This document shows, in pieces, positions 1-10,492 of a stretch of 64,000 nucleotides of DNA (positions within the stretch are counted from its first letter, which is position 1; each line of letters begins with the position of its first letter). A model generated the notes under the pieces. That model saw only the letters and a list, made by a program, of their open reading frames with translations, had not been told where the DNA came from and ran no database searches. The stretch lies in the IMG/VR virus record IMGVR_UViG_3300020182_000012, one strand, 5' to 3'. Made by a program: the position numbers and the translations under genes. This DNA is from a virus.

Positions 1-55
1 CAAGAAAGTTGATCAACCATTCTTCGATGCTGGCTTTTACTTCATCGATTACCAA
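1..55 (-). CDS. Hypothetical protein, 5' part only (runs off the window)
   Basis: TTG start overlapping the stop of the 49..225 ORF; reads MVIDEVKASIEEWLINFL to the window edge. Confidence 0.4.
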   Translation of the reverse strand, partial: MVIDEVKASIEEWLINFL

Positions 56-225
56 AAGTCTCTTCCTGTTTTCTTTGCTGTTTCTAGGTTGCCCTTGATG
101 ATGCTTCCTAAGATGTCTCGTTCTGGACCACTCATCTGTGTGATTTCAGAATAGCTAATACCGCCACGCATGTACCAGCATATCTTCATCATATCCTCTT
201 TTAGGCCCTTAACTTCTTTTTCCAT
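49..225 (-). CDS. Small baseplate/tail assembly protein (T4 gp51-like by position); possible -1 frameshift extension of the upstream gene
   Basis: 58-aa ORF missing from the track (MEKEVKGLKEDMMKICWYMRGGISYSEITQMSGPERDILGSIIKGNLETAKKTGRDFW); frame stays open back to the slippery site at 279-285. Confidence 0.7.
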   Translation of the reverse strand: MEKEVKGLKEDMMKICWYMRGGISYSEITQMSGPERDILGSIIKGNLETAKKTGRDFW

Positions 226-263
226 CTTCTCGACGATTGCTTCAATCTCGTCCGGAGCTGATG

Positions 264-1109
264 TTAAGAGCCTGATTCGAAAAAATTTGCAACATTCATG
301 GTAAACGGCGTTTCATATTGGTGCTTGCAATCAGCACAAGTAATACTGAGAGGTTCAATCTCGCCTAGTTTTTTAATTTCTTCAATTTTTTTGCGTACTT
401 TTGAAAAAACTTTTGATTCACAGTTTTTAATGTATTCTGTGATGTGTTCCTTGTCTACTACAATATCATCGCCTGCTTGTATCATGCTAATACTGTCACT
501 GATTGCATTTACAGTAAGCTCGCTGAGACTTTGGAATGCTTCAGTTAGCAATCTAAGCTTTTCGGCTTCGTCAATTTCAGCATCAGGTAATGCTTCCAAC
601 ATTTTTTGATCTTGGAACTGCAACATGTTGTTACGGTTTTGCTCTGTGTACGTCAACGGTTTGAAATGTATTTCAATGTCTCCGTTGACAACTGGTTTTG
701 AAAAATCTGGAGTTTTGATTCGATCCATGATGCTTCTCAAATCAATACCAAACTCATTGGTTTCGCTGCACTCTGGGCACTTGCTGGTAAATTCCATTTC
801 GTGTCCGTAACTTGCAATCCTTATAGCAATCAACAACGTGTCTAAATCAAGTGTGCTGACCTTCCAAGGATCTACAAAAGCAGGGATGCAACTTTTTATT
901 ACATTGGCAATAGCAGCGCCATTGAACAATGCATCAGCAGTTCTGTATGCAATTTCGTCCAGTGCTGTCATTGGATAAATTGGAATTTCTTTATTCTCTG
1001 GCATTACTAGAATATTTTCGTCGTAGTACATTCCATTGCTTGGTAACGTGACATAAATTGCAGGTTGCCTGAAGTGTTTTGCAAGTGGGTTCGGGTTGTT
1101 GTGATCCAT
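264..1109 (-). CDS. gp26: Baseplate hub assembly protein / tail assembly chaperone (T4 gp26-like)
   Basis: NPL..FRQP..Y..LPS.G N-terminus, D.D..LIAIR.ASYG, two CxxC motifs, NFF end; AGGA before MDHNN. Confidence 0.7.
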   Translation of the reverse strand: MDHNNPNPLAKHFRQPAIYVTLPSNGMYYDENILVMPENKEIPIYPMTALDEIAYRTADALFNGAAIANVIKSCIPAFVDPWKVSTLDLDTLLIAIRIASYGHEMEFTSKCPECSETNEFGIDLRSIMDRIKTPDFSKPVVNGDIEIHFKPLTYTEQNRNNMLQFQDQKMLEALPDAEIDEAEKLRLLTEAFQSLSELTVNAISDSISMIQAGDDIVVDKEHITEYIKNCESKVFSKVRKKIEEIKKLGEIEPLSITCADCKHQYETPFTMNVANFFESGS

Positions 1110-1123
1110 GTTTTTTCCTACCA

Positions 1124-1145
1124 TAAATATATGATACTGTACTTA
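1124..1145. promoter_or_regulatory. Overlapping late promoter cores on both strands
   Basis: TAAATA (+, 1124-1129) and TAAGTA (-, 1140-1145) between divergent structural genes; T4 late consensus is TATAAATA. Confidence 0.6.
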
Positions 1146-1172
1146 TACAGCGTAAAAACGGGTAAGAATTTA

Positions 1173-3365
1173 ATGGCAGAGTTTGATGATCAAGACCTAC
1201 AGAGATTGAATGATGAAATCTCTCGTTTGCAACAATCTATGTTGCAACTGGCTAACAGCCAGCAAGTAGGTAGTACTCAATGGAATAAAATCAACACTCA
1301 GTTAAACGTTGTTCAAAACAAGTACAAAGCAATAATATCTTCCCAAGAGTCGTTTGCTAATTCAGTTGGTAAAGGAACTGCCGCAGTAGGCAAAATGGCA
1401 GTCGGCGCTGTTAAAGCCGGATCGTCTTTTGCAGAAGCAGCCAGTGCAGTTAGGCAAAGCAGGGAAGACTTTACCAGCTTAAACCCGTCAATAAACCTGG
1501 CAGGCTCGGCACTAAAGACAACGGGAAAAATAGCAGGAGTAGCCGGTGAAGCACTAGGCGGGCTTGCTGACGGTATTCCTGTTGTTGGCGGCGTTATTGG
1601 CGGCGCAATCAATGCAGTAGGCAAGTTTGCTGCTGCAATCACCGAAGCAGTTTCTGACATCCTTACCACAGTAGGTCCGCAACTAACAGCCGAAGTACAA
1701 CGTGCAAGTGAAGCATTTCGCACAATTGGGCAAGTTGGTGGATTAACTGCTGGCGGGTTAACCGAGATAATGAATCAGAGCATCGATGCTGGACTTAGTT
1801 TTACACAGTTTAGTACGGTAGCGTCCAAAAGTGCCGAAGGCCTTGCATTTGCGTTTGGCGATGCAAGCGAAGGTATTGAAAGATTTTCTCGAGTTTCTGC
1901 AGACATGGAACCATTCAGACAAGGCTTGATAGCTTTGGGTGTGGGCGCTGAAAAGCAAAATGAACTAACATCAAAATACTTGTTGTTGCAAGCAAGAACT
2001 GGTAGAGTGGAAGCAATGTCAGCTAGGGAACTTGCACAAGGCAGCGAAGAATACATCCGTAAACTGTCTACACTGTCAAGAATAACCGGTAGAAGCATTG
2101 ACGATCAACAAGCTATAATGGATGCACAAACACGCAACATACGTCTAATGGGTGCCGCAGCTGACATTCAAGAAAGATTGGGCGGTGAAGAAGGAAAACG
2201 AGCTGCACTAGCTATGCAAACCACATCAGCAGCTATTGAAACTGTTGCAAGTAAAGAAATTGCCGATGGTTTGCGTGATGCAATGGCAGGAAACTTAGGA
2301 ACCGAAGCTGCTCAAGGATTTGTTCTTGCAGCCGGACAAGAAGGTGTTGCTGCGGTTGCTGCACTACGTGCAGGTACTATGAGCGATCTCGATGCAACAG
2401 CATTAATCATGCAAGGCATTAACAATAGATTTGATTCTCTAGGAGGATCAGCGGGAATTGCTAGATTGGTTGGACTTGGTACACCAATGGATGCAGTTTT
2501 TGAAGGCATGTTTAATGTAGCCCAACGTGCTAATTTAACAGCAGACGACTTAGAAAAATTAAAAACATCGCAAGATGGGTTCACAACAGCAACTGATACT
2601 ACTACTGCTGATCTAATTGCTGCACAAGTCGCTTTACAACGGGCAGCAATTGAAGCTGACAAAATGGCTAAACTGCTTATGGGCCCAGCTGCATCGGCGA
2701 TTGAACAATTTGCAGTAATTGTGCAAACAACAAACAAAGAAATGTTTTTAATGCTCGAAGCATTTAGCACTGGTGGACTAGCCGGATTACAGTCAGCAGT
2801 TTCTGAAAAAATAATGCCAGAAATGGACATTGGTTCCGGGATTGTAGATTTTACAAATATGTCCCCTGATGAAAAAGCCGCTGCACAACAGCAAATTCAA
2901 GAACGACTTGATAAGTCAAGGAAACAAAACGAAGAAACCTGGGAAAACATCAAAAAGATGTTTGGATTTGGAAGATTTATTGATAATGCATCTGGAAATA
3001 ACGGAACAACAACTGGGGGTGCAGGTACTTTGCCATCAGGTGCAACACCAGATTATGGAAGCAATGGTGATTTATTAAAACTACTTGAGGAAAGTAGAAG
3101 AAAATATGCTCCGCCAGGAACACCAGATGCTACATCTTCAACAGCAGGCCCTACTGGCACGTTAAGAACCAGTGGAAGTCTATCAGATGTATTAAATGAA
3201 AATCTCACAGTAGCAAACAGTCAGTTGGCAAATTCTAAAGCAGACACTTTAGCAAGAAAAGAAGTGTCAGATCTAACCATTGAAAAGTTAACTGAAATTG
3301 TAACTGCAATGGATCGTGCTAATCGTACCAGTGAGCAGATACTACAGCGGGCCAGGCAAGGGTGA
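1173..3365 (+). CDS. Putative tape measure / baseplate hub protein
   Basis: About 730 aa, Ala/Gly-rich and helical, with a glycine-rich hydrophobic stretch; next to the gp26-like gene; likely start MAEFDDQ at 1173. Confidence 0.6.
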   Translation: MAEFDDQDLQRLNDEISRLQQSMLQLANSQQVGSTQWNKINTQLNVVQNKYKAIISSQESFANSVGKGTAAVGKMAVGAVKAGSSFAEAASAVRQSREDFTSLNPSINLAGSALKTTGKIAGVAGEALGGLADGIPVVGGVIGGAINAVGKFAAAITEAVSDILTTVGPQLTAEVQRASEAFRTIGQVGGLTAGGLTEIMNQSIDAGLSFTQFSTVASKSAEGLAFAFGDASEGIERFSRVSADMEPFRQGLIALGVGAEKQNELTSKYLLLQARTGRVEAMSARELAQGSEEYIRKLSTLSRITGRSIDDQQAIMDAQTRNIRLMGAAADIQERLGGEEGKRAALAMQTTSAAIETVASKEIADGLRDAMAGNLGTEAAQGFVLAAGQEGVAAVAALRAGTMSDLDATALIMQGINNRFDSLGGSAGIARLVGLGTPMDAVFEGMFNVAQRANLTADDLEKLKTSQDGFTTATDTTTADLIAAQVALQRAAIEADKMAKLLMGPAASAIEQFAVIVQTTNKEMFLMLEAFSTGGLAGLQSAVSEKIMPEMDIGSGIVDFTNMSPDEKAAAQQQIQERLDKSRKQNEETWENIKKMFGFGRFIDNASGNNGTTTGGAGTLPSGATPDYGSNGDLLKLLEESRRKYAPPGTPDATSSTAGPTGTLRTSGSLSDVLNENLTVANSQLANSKADTLARKEVSDLTIEKLTEIVTAMDRANRTSEQILQRARQG

Positions 3366-3406
3366 TAAATACTTGTGTCACAATGTGCATATTGGAAAAA
3401 TAATAC

Positions 3407-5128
3407 ATGGCCGGATGGAAAAAATACTTTAAAGTGGTGGGCAACGAAGGTGGGCAACTTTCGCCTATTAGCGGACGGTCTACTCAAGGATCAAATGGTC
3501 AAGGCGGCCAATTTGGTTTTAAGAATTACCAAAGTCACTTGCCTGAAGTGTATTCAGGTCACCCTAACAGAATTGAACGCTACAATCAGTATGAAAATAT
3601 GGATTGCGACAGTGAAATCAATGCATGTTTAGATATCATTGCTGAGTTTGCAACACAAACCAATGAAAGCAACAACACACCGTTTGAAGTTGAATACACT
3701 GATACTCCTACAAACAACGAAATTGAGATTATTAGAAAACAACTACAACAGTGGACTAAACTCAACAAGTTTGATCAACGTATATTCCGTCTTTTCCGTA
3801 ACACGTTGAAGTACGGCGATCAAGTTTTTGTTAGAGATCCAGAAACCTTTGAACTATACTGGGTTGACATGACCAAAGTAGTAAGAGTTATTGTCAATGA
3901 AAACGAAGGCAAGAAACCTGAACAATACGTTATTCGTGATATCAATCCCAACTTTCAAAATTTAAGCATTGCTCCTAAAAGCACCACAGACTATGGATCA
4001 AATCCTAATGCAGGGTCAATTGGCGGCAGCGGCGGATCAAATTCAAACTACACTATCCCAAATGCACCTCTTGCAGGTGGACAAAGTAGATTTGAACACA
4101 CTATAAACGAAACAGTAATTGATGCTAAAAATATAGTACACCTTGGACTTAGTGAAGGCTTGGATTTTTATTGGCCGTTTAGTCAAAGTATACTTGAAAT
4201 GATTTTCAAAGTATTCAAGCAAAAAGAGTTACTTGAAGACTCGATTCTAATTTATCGTGTGCAACGTGCGCCAGAACGTAGAGTATTTTATATTGATGTA
4301 GGCAACATGCCAAGTCACCTTGCTATGCAGTTTGTTGAACGTGTTAAAAATGAAGTGCACCAAAGACGTATTCCCAATCAACAAGGCGGGCAAGCTGGTA
4401 CTACAATGGATACTACATACAATCCATTGTCAATCAACGAAGATTACTTCTTTCCACAAACAGCAGAAGGTAGAGGATCAAAAGTTGAAACACTACCAGG
4501 AGGCGAAAACCTTGGACAAATCGACGATTTAAAATACTTTAACAACAAGATGTGCAGAGGACTTCGTGTTCCTAGCAGCTACCTTCCGACTGGCCCAGAC
4601 GACAGTGATCGACCAATGAACGACGGTCGTGTTGGTACTGCACTTATACAAGAATATAGATTTAATCAGTATTGCGAAAGACTGCAAAAGCAAATTTGTC
4701 AAAAACTTGATGATGAATTTAAAATGTTTTTGCGCTGGAGAGGCTTTAACATTGACAGCGGGTTGTTTAGCATCAAGTTTGCACCGCCACAGAATTTTGC
4801 TAGTTATCGTCAAGCCGAACTTGATACAACTCGTATGCAAGCGTTTAGCACATTAGAGCAAATTCCCTACATGAGCAAGCGTTTTCTTATGAAACGTTAC
4901 CTGGGTCTCACTGACGACGAGTTGCAAGAAAACTCGAAATTGTGGAGTGAAGAAACTGGGCAACCAAGTGAACTTGAACCAATGGGCAAAGATTTACGCA
5001 CAGTTGGTGTTAGTCCTGCTGATTTTGATGCAGATATCGAAACCGGCGGTGACATTGAAGCAGGCGGTGAGGAAATTGATGTGGACATTGATGCTGGTGC
5101 AGTTGCAGCAGAAACGCCTCCGGCATAA
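3407..5128 (+). CDS. gp20: Portal protein (T4 gp20-like)
   Basis: LLEDSILIYRVQRAPERRVFYIDVGNMP, EDYFFP, GRGSKVETLPGGENLG motifs. Confidence 0.95.
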   Translation: MAGWKKYFKVVGNEGGQLSPISGRSTQGSNGQGGQFGFKNYQSHLPEVYSGHPNRIERYNQYENMDCDSEINACLDIIAEFATQTNESNNTPFEVEYTDTPTNNEIEIIRKQLQQWTKLNKFDQRIFRLFRNTLKYGDQVFVRDPETFELYWVDMTKVVRVIVNENEGKKPEQYVIRDINPNFQNLSIAPKSTTDYGSNPNAGSIGGSGGSNSNYTIPNAPLAGGQSRFEHTINETVIDAKNIVHLGLSEGLDFYWPFSQSILEMIFKVFKQKELLEDSILIYRVQRAPERRVFYIDVGNMPSHLAMQFVERVKNEVHQRRIPNQQGGQAGTTMDTTYNPLSINEDYFFPQTAEGRGSKVETLPGGENLGQIDDLKYFNNKMCRGLRVPSSYLPTGPDDSDRPMNDGRVGTALIQEYRFNQYCERLQKQICQKLDDEFKMFLRWRGFNIDSGLFSIKFAPPQNFASYRQAELDTTRMQAFSTLEQIPYMSKRFLMKRYLGLTDDELQENSKLWSEETGQPSELEPMGKDLRTVGVSPADFDADIETGGDIEAGGEEIDVDIDAGAVAAETPPA

Positions 5129-5136
5129 ATATTATT

Positions 5137-5352
5137 ATGAAACTATTTGAATTTTTTGAAGCAGCGCCAGAAGGGTACCAAGATGTAGAGGATGACAATT
5201 CTACACCGCAACTCGGCGAACTGCGCAAAACTAAACTAACTCTTAAACAAATTTCAAAACTTCGAAAAATGTATGACATGCGAAATTATGAAAAAAAAGA
5301 AGAGCTGAAAAAGGTGCAAGCACAATATGCACCAGCGCCGCCACAAATGTGA
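5137..5352 (+). CDS. Small putative prohead core/internal protein
   Basis: Follows the portal; MKLFEFFE N-terminus resembles a T4 capsid-targeting sequence; RKTKLTLKQI..LRKM. Confidence 0.6.
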   Translation: MKLFEFFEAAPEGYQDVEDDNSTPQLGELRKTKLTLKQISKLRKMYDMRNYEKKEELKKVQAQYAPAPPQM

Positions 5353-5480
5353 TACTTTATTAGAATTTTTCTTTTAGTCTAATAAATTTATCGTTTTCTA
5401 CCCATTTTACTCCTATAACTGCATAGTTTTTAGTATCTATGTTAAATATTATACTGAGCCCATACTTTGGAGGAACCAAT

Positions 5481-6278
5481 ATGAACAAATTTGAACAACT
5501 TATCGAATTCGTTATTAACGACGAAGAAGATAAAGCAAAAGCTCTCTTTCATGAGATCGTTGTAGAGCAATCTAAAACAATCTATGAAGACATCATGTCT
5601 GAAGAATCAGACGCAGAAAAAGATGACCATGCTGAAAAAGCTGGTGATGAAGTTAAAAAAGACATCGAGTATGATGACAAAATGGACGAGTCCATCGAAG
5701 AGTCAGAACTTGGTGGATCACAAGTTGACGATCTTATTGACGAAATTGAAGCCGAAGAGCAAGGCGTCACTTTTGAAGATGAAGAAGAAATCGAAATGGT
5801 TGACGTCGACGTTGAAGATGATGACGACGATGAAGAACTCGAAGATCGTGTTGTTGGTCTAGAAGACAAACTAGACGAACTTATGTCTGAGTTTGAAGAA
5901 CTCATGGGTCAAGTTGATGACAACACTGACGACATCGACGATGTTGAAGATGACCATGAAGAAATGGACATGGACGACGAAACAGTCGAAGTTGACATGG
6001 AAATAGAAGGTCTAGAAGAAAATGTTGACCTAACTGCTGCTCCTAAAGCTGTTACCACTGAACCAGCTGGTACTCAAACGAGTAGTACTGTGGCTGCCAA
6101 CAGTGGCGCAAAAGGTGCTGTAGCAAAACCAGTTGACACAGACACTGCTCCAGAAAAAGGTCGCTCTGCTCCAAAAGCACAAGACCAAGGTAACACAACA
6201 AGACCAGACATGAAAGCTGCGCCAAAACCGCAACTAGCACAAGCGTCTGGTGTGAACACCAAAAGCGTTATTGACTAA
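5481..6278 (+). CDS. Acidic prohead core protein (gp67/gp68-like by position)
   Basis: GGAGG RBS; very Asp/Glu-rich; lies between portal and protease. Confidence 0.65.
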   Translation: MNKFEQLIEFVINDEEDKAKALFHEIVVEQSKTIYEDIMSEESDAEKDDHAEKAGDEVKKDIEYDDKMDESIEESELGGSQVDDLIDEIEAEEQGVTFEDEEEIEMVDVDVEDDDDDEELEDRVVGLEDKLDELMSEFEELMGQVDDNTDDIDDVEDDHEEMDMDDETVEVDMEIEGLEENVDLTAAPKAVTTEPAGTQTSSTVAANSGAKGAVAKPVDTDTAPEKGRSAPKAQDQGNTTRPDMKAAPKPQLAQASGVNTKSVID

Positions 6279-6292
6279 AAGGATAACCAAGT

Positions 6293-6919
6293 ATGGCTCT
6301 TTATCTTAGAGAAAACCTTACCTTCGAAACCGCACAAATTCAACTCGTTGAAGGGAAAGACGGTAAGGAACTCTTTATGGAAGGCATCTGCATACAAGGT
6401 GGTGTTAAGAACGCTAATGAGCGAATATACCCTGTGAGTGAGATTTCTAACGCAGTTAAAACTCTTAATGAACAGATCAAAGAAGGCAATAGCGTCCTTG
6501 GTGAAGTTGATCACCCGGATGACCTTAAGATTAATTTAGACCGTGTATGTCACATGATTACTAGTATGTGGATGGACGGTCCAAATGGATACGGAAAACT
6601 AAAAATACTTCCAACACCAATGGGCGAGCTAGTTAAAACTATGCTTCAGTCAGGTGTGCGATTGGGAGTATCTAGTCGTGGATCGGGTAATGTAGATCCA
6701 CACAACGGACACGTCAGTGACTTTGAAATTGTTACTGTCGATGTAGTCGCACAACCCAGTGCTCCAAATGCTTACCCTAAAGCTATTTACGAAGGACTTT
6801 TGAACATGAAACATGGTCATGCAGTTCTCGAAATGGCTAGGGAGTCAGGGTCAAACGACAGAGTACAGAAGTACCTAACAGACGAAGTATCTCGTCTGAT
6901 TAGGGACCTAAAGATTTAG
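6293..6919 (+). CDS. gp21: Prohead protease (T4 gp21-like)
   Basis: NANERIYP, GEVDHP, INLDRVCH, GVSSRGSG, DVVAQPSAPNAY motifs. Confidence 0.95.
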   Translation: MALYLRENLTFETAQIQLVEGKDGKELFMEGICIQGGVKNANERIYPVSEISNAVKTLNEQIKEGNSVLGEVDHPDDLKINLDRVCHMITSMWMDGPNGYGKLKILPTPMGELVKTMLQSGVRLGVSSRGSGNVDPHNGHVSDFEIVTVDVVAQPSAPNAYPKAIYEGLLNMKHGHAVLEMARESGSNDRVQKYLTDEVSRLIRDLKI

Positions 6920-6928
6920 GAGAATCGC

Positions 6929-8020
6929 ATGTTAGATGCTATTAAACCACTACTAGATAGCGACCTGGTTAATGAGGATACTCGTAATGCTATTGCTGAA
7001 CAATGGGCAGCAAAGTTGAATGAGACCAAAGAAACAGTTCGTGCAGAACTTCGCGAGGAGTTTGCACAACGCTATGATCATGATAAAACAGTGATGGTAG
7101 AAGCCCTAGATAAAATGGTAACAGAAGGCTTGCAAGAAGAAATTGCTCAACTTAACGAAGAGAAAAAGGCACTTGCAGAGGACCGTGTAAAAGCCGCAAA
7201 CGCAATGAAAGAAAATGCTAATAAATTTAATAACTTTATGGTATCAAAACTTTCAGAAGAGCTTCGCGAACTACGCACAGACCGCAAAGTACAAGCAGAA
7301 GGTTTTGGTAAGCTAGAATCATTTGTTGTAAGTGCTTTGGCCGAAGAAATCAAGGAATTCGCAGCAGACAAGAAAGACTTAGTTGAAACTAAAGTAAAGC
7401 TTGTTAGCGAAGCACGTGGACAACTTGATAGTCTAAAAAGTAAATTTGTAAAAGAATCTGCTAAAAAGATGTCAACAACTGTTGCTACTCATCTTACGCA
7501 AGAATTAAGTCAACTTAAAGAGGATATCAAAATTGCTCGTGAGAACAATTTTGGTCGCCGTATATTTGAAGCATATGCTACAGAGTTTGGTGCTACTCAT
7601 CTCAATGAGAATGCAGAAGTACGCAAACTATTAGCTACTATTGAAGATAAAGACATTAAGTTGGCAGAAGCCGTTAACGCTCAAAAACAAGCCGCAAAGC
7701 TTGTTGAGAGTAAAAATCATGAAATTAAAATCATTCGTGAAGCTAATGAGCGGGAAGCTACATTAGACGAACTACTTTCGCCTCTTAACGATGAAAAGAG
7801 AGAAGTAATGATTAATCTTCTTGAAAACGTTCAAACATCTCGTCTAAAGAACGCATTTGAGAAGTACTTGCCAGCAGTACTCAGTGAAGCTAAAGCAACT
7901 AAAAAAGCTGAAGCACTTGTTGAATCTACTGGTAACAAAACTGTTAAGGCCGAACAACAAAGATCCGAAACAAACAACGTTAATAACGTTATCGATCTTA
8001 AGCGCCTAGCAGGGCTTTAA
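6929..8020 (+). CDS. gp22: Major prohead scaffold protein (T4 gp22-like)
   Basis: Glu/Lys-rich coiled coil between protease and major capsid gene. Confidence 0.8.
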   Translation: MLDAIKPLLDSDLVNEDTRNAIAEQWAAKLNETKETVRAELREEFAQRYDHDKTVMVEALDKMVTEGLQEEIAQLNEEKKALAEDRVKAANAMKENANKFNNFMVSKLSEELRELRTDRKVQAEGFGKLESFVVSALAEEIKEFAADKKDLVETKVKLVSEARGQLDSLKSKFVKESAKKMSTTVATHLTQELSQLKEDIKIARENNFGRRIFEAYATEFGATHLNENAEVRKLLATIEDKDIKLAEAVNAQKQAAKLVESKNHEIKIIREANEREATLDELLSPLNDEKREVMINLLENVQTSRLKNAFEKYLPAVLSEAKATKKAEALVESTGNKTVKAEQQRSETNNVNNVIDLKRLAGL

Positions 8021-8040
8021 AAAAGAAAAAGGAGACAGAA

Positions 8041-9252
8041 ATGTCACAAGAACTACTAGAAAACAGATGGAGTGAGACCAAGGAAGCCCTCCTAGAAGGC
8101 CTTCAAGGTTCACGCCGTTCAACAATGGGTGTTATCCTAGAAAACACTCGTAAGCACTTGGCAGAGAATGCAACAGCAGGTTCAACTTCTTCCGGTAACG
8201 TAGCAACACTTAACCGTGTTATCCTACCAGTTATCAGACGTGTTATGCCAACTGTTATTGCTAACGAACTAGTCGGCGTTCAGCCAATGACTGGCCCAGT
8301 TGGCCAAATTCACACACTACGTGTTCGTTATGCAAACGCAATGACAGACAACTCGGCAGCAGCAACAAGTACAGCCGCTGGTGACGAAGCACTAAGTCCA
8401 TTCAAAATTGCACAAGCTTACTCCTCTGCGTCCACAGTGACAGCAGGCGTTGTACAAAATGCACAGAACACATACCAAGGTGCAAACACAGCAGTACTTG
8501 AAGGCTCCGGTGGTCGTCAGATTTCCGTACAAATCCTCAAGCAAGCTGTTGAAGCAAAAACACGTAAGCTACAAGCTCGCTGGACATTTGAAGCAGCACA
8601 AGACGCACAAGCCATGCACGGCATTGACGTTGAAGCTGAAATCATGGCAGCACTTGCTCAAGAAATTACTGCTGAAATCGACCAAGAGATCCTACTTTCT
8701 CTACGTTCACTAGCAGCAACTGAGTTTACATACAACCAAGCCACAGTATCAGGTACAGCAACATTTGTTGGTGACGAGCATGCAGCTCTTGCAGTTCTAA
8801 TCAACCGTACAGCTAACTTGATCGCTCAGCGTACACGCCGTGGCGCAGGCAACTATGCTGTTGTTTCCCCTGCTGCACTTACAGTGCTACAGAGTGCAAC
8901 AACAAGTGCATTTGCTCGCACAACAGAAGGCACATTCGAAGCACCAACAAATACTAAATTCGTCGGTACATTGAATGGCACAATGCGTGTATTCTGCGAC
9001 TCATATGCAGGCGACACAACTCCAGTACTAGTTGGCTACAAAGGCGCAAGTGAAACAGACGCACCAGCGTTCTATTGCCCATACGTACCGCTAATGAGTT
9101 CGGGCGTTGTTCTTGATCCGTCCAGCTTTGAGCCAGTAGTGTCCTTTATGACACGTTATGGCTATATTGAGCTAACAAACACAGCATCGTCCTTCGGCAA
9201 CGCCGGTGACTATGTTGGTGAAATTGCTGTACAGAACCTTTCGTTCTCATAA
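8041..9252 (+). CDS. gp23: Major capsid protein (T4 gp23-like)
   Basis: VGVQPMTGPVG, AKTRKLQARWTFEAAQD, FYCPYVPL, FMTRYG; strong AGGAG RBS. Confidence 0.97.
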   Translation: MSQELLENRWSETKEALLEGLQGSRRSTMGVILENTRKHLAENATAGSTSSGNVATLNRVILPVIRRVMPTVIANELVGVQPMTGPVGQIHTLRVRYANAMTDNSAAATSTAAGDEALSPFKIAQAYSSASTVTAGVVQNAQNTYQGANTAVLEGSGGRQISVQILKQAVEAKTRKLQARWTFEAAQDAQAMHGIDVEAEIMAALAQEITAEIDQEILLSLRSLAATEFTYNQATVSGTATFVGDEHAALAVLINRTANLIAQRTRRGAGNYAVVSPAALTVLQSATTSAFARTTEGTFEAPTNTKFVGTLNGTMRVFCDSYAGDTTPVLVGYKGASETDAPAFYCPYVPLMSSGVVLDPSSFEPVVSFMTRYGYIELTNTASSFGNAGDYVGEIAVQNLSFS

Positions 9253-9287
9253 GCTTTATCATTACAACCTGCACTATGCAGGGAGGA

Positions 9288-9318
9288 GAAAACAGCACCT
9301 TCGGGTGCTGTTTTTTTA
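9288..9318 (+). terminator. Rho-independent terminator
   Basis: AAAACAGCACC-TTCG-GGTGCTGTTTTTTT. Confidence 0.9.
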
Positions 9319-9348
9319 TGTTAAGTTACTTTATAATTAAATACTACT

Positions 9349-10398
9349 ATGAATGTACACTGGCGATTTAATCACGGATCTAACTCTTTTGATCAAGTTG
9401 ACGGAAATCCAATACAATATTATCAACAATTAATGGATCAAGTAAAAACTCCTACATTGATTATTGATATTAGTTTAGTTAAATTTAGAAATCTTGAACT
9501 ATACTTGAATTTTGTGTTAGATTCTGCATCCAAAGAGAATAGTTTGCCAGCTTTTAAACAATTAATATTTGATGCCACACTTGATCCTGTTTATGACTAT
9601 GATGAAAAAGTAAAAATTCTTAACAACTTTGTTAAAAACAAGGGCATTTTAGGATTTTTAAGTTTAAGCCATTTTACGTTAAATCAGCATAGTCATTTAA
9701 CAGAAATAATGTATCCAAGTTGGTTTTTTATTTTTAAAAAACAAAAACTGCCAGAATTAAATTTAGATCAAAAAAAGTGGAAGTACAGTTGTCTTAATAG
9801 AAATCCGAGCTGGCACCGATTGATGCTCTATACAATGGTTAAAGAAAAAAATTTACTTGATCAGTTTGTTTATACATTCTATAATAAATGTCCTTACAAT
9901 GGTACAAAAGTTGATATTGCGTTTTATCATAAGAATAAAAAGTTCTTTGGCAACTACTATACTAACTGTATGAAAAGTATAAAAGATTTACCTTTAACTT
10001 GGCCCGGTGATGTTCAAGGAGAGAACGATCATACGCTAAATCATAGTGCATATTTACACAGTGAGTGTAATATAGTAACTGAAACAAGTGCAACTGTGAG
10101 TTTTGTTAGTGAAAAAATTTGGAAACCTATTGCTGCTGGCCAGATATTCCATGTTGTTGGAAGTGCTTATACAAACAAATGGTTACAAGGTTTGGGGTTC
10201 CATGTATTTGATAAAAATGGCTATGACTCGATTATTGACAATACACAACGTATTAAAAAAGTCGTTGAACTGTTAAACGTAGAAACCATGTGGAACAAAG
10301 AAAACTTGTGTAGCATTGAACATAATTATCATTTGTTTCACAGCGGAGTAGTAGAAAAAAGTATTTTAGATCCATTAGTTGCTATACTTGACCAATAA
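9349..10398 (+). CDS. Hypothetical protein, possible glycosyltransferase (GT10-like C-terminal motif)
   Basis: SCLNR..HR and IVTET...SEKIWKPI...G.G motifs; AT-rich; paralog of 33825..34898. Confidence 0.5.
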   Translation: MNVHWRFNHGSNSFDQVDGNPIQYYQQLMDQVKTPTLIIDISLVKFRNLELYLNFVLDSASKENSLPAFKQLIFDATLDPVYDYDEKVKILNNFVKNKGILGFLSLSHFTLNQHSHLTEIMYPSWFFIFKKQKLPELNLDQKKWKYSCLNRNPSWHRLMLYTMVKEKNLLDQFVYTFYNKCPYNGTKVDIAFYHKNKKFFGNYYTNCMKSIKDLPLTWPGDVQGENDHTLNHSAYLHSECNIVTETSATVSFVSEKIWKPIAAGQIFHVVGSAYTNKWLQGLGFHVFDKNGYDSIIDNTQRIKKVVELLNVETMWNKENLCSIEHNYHLFHSGVVEKSILDPLVAILDQ

Positions 10399-10420
10399 AT
10401 TCTGCTAAATACTTTTCTAA

Positions 10421-10492
10421 CGTAATACTACGTTTTATGCGGAACACCATCCGCGTAGTAGGCTAGAACCTACATCGGACTTCTACAAGGAG
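10421..10492 (+). ncRNA. Structured 5' leader (hairpin plus putative H-type pseudoknot)
   Basis: TATGCGGA/TCCGCGTA stem; GTAGG/CCTAC stem whose loop TAGAA is complementary to TTCTA just before the SD. Confidence 0.55.

Noticed and set aside
1065-1172. Track start of the tape-measure ORF at 1065
   Set aside because: Overlaps the divergent gene and lies upstream of the late core; 1173 is more plausible
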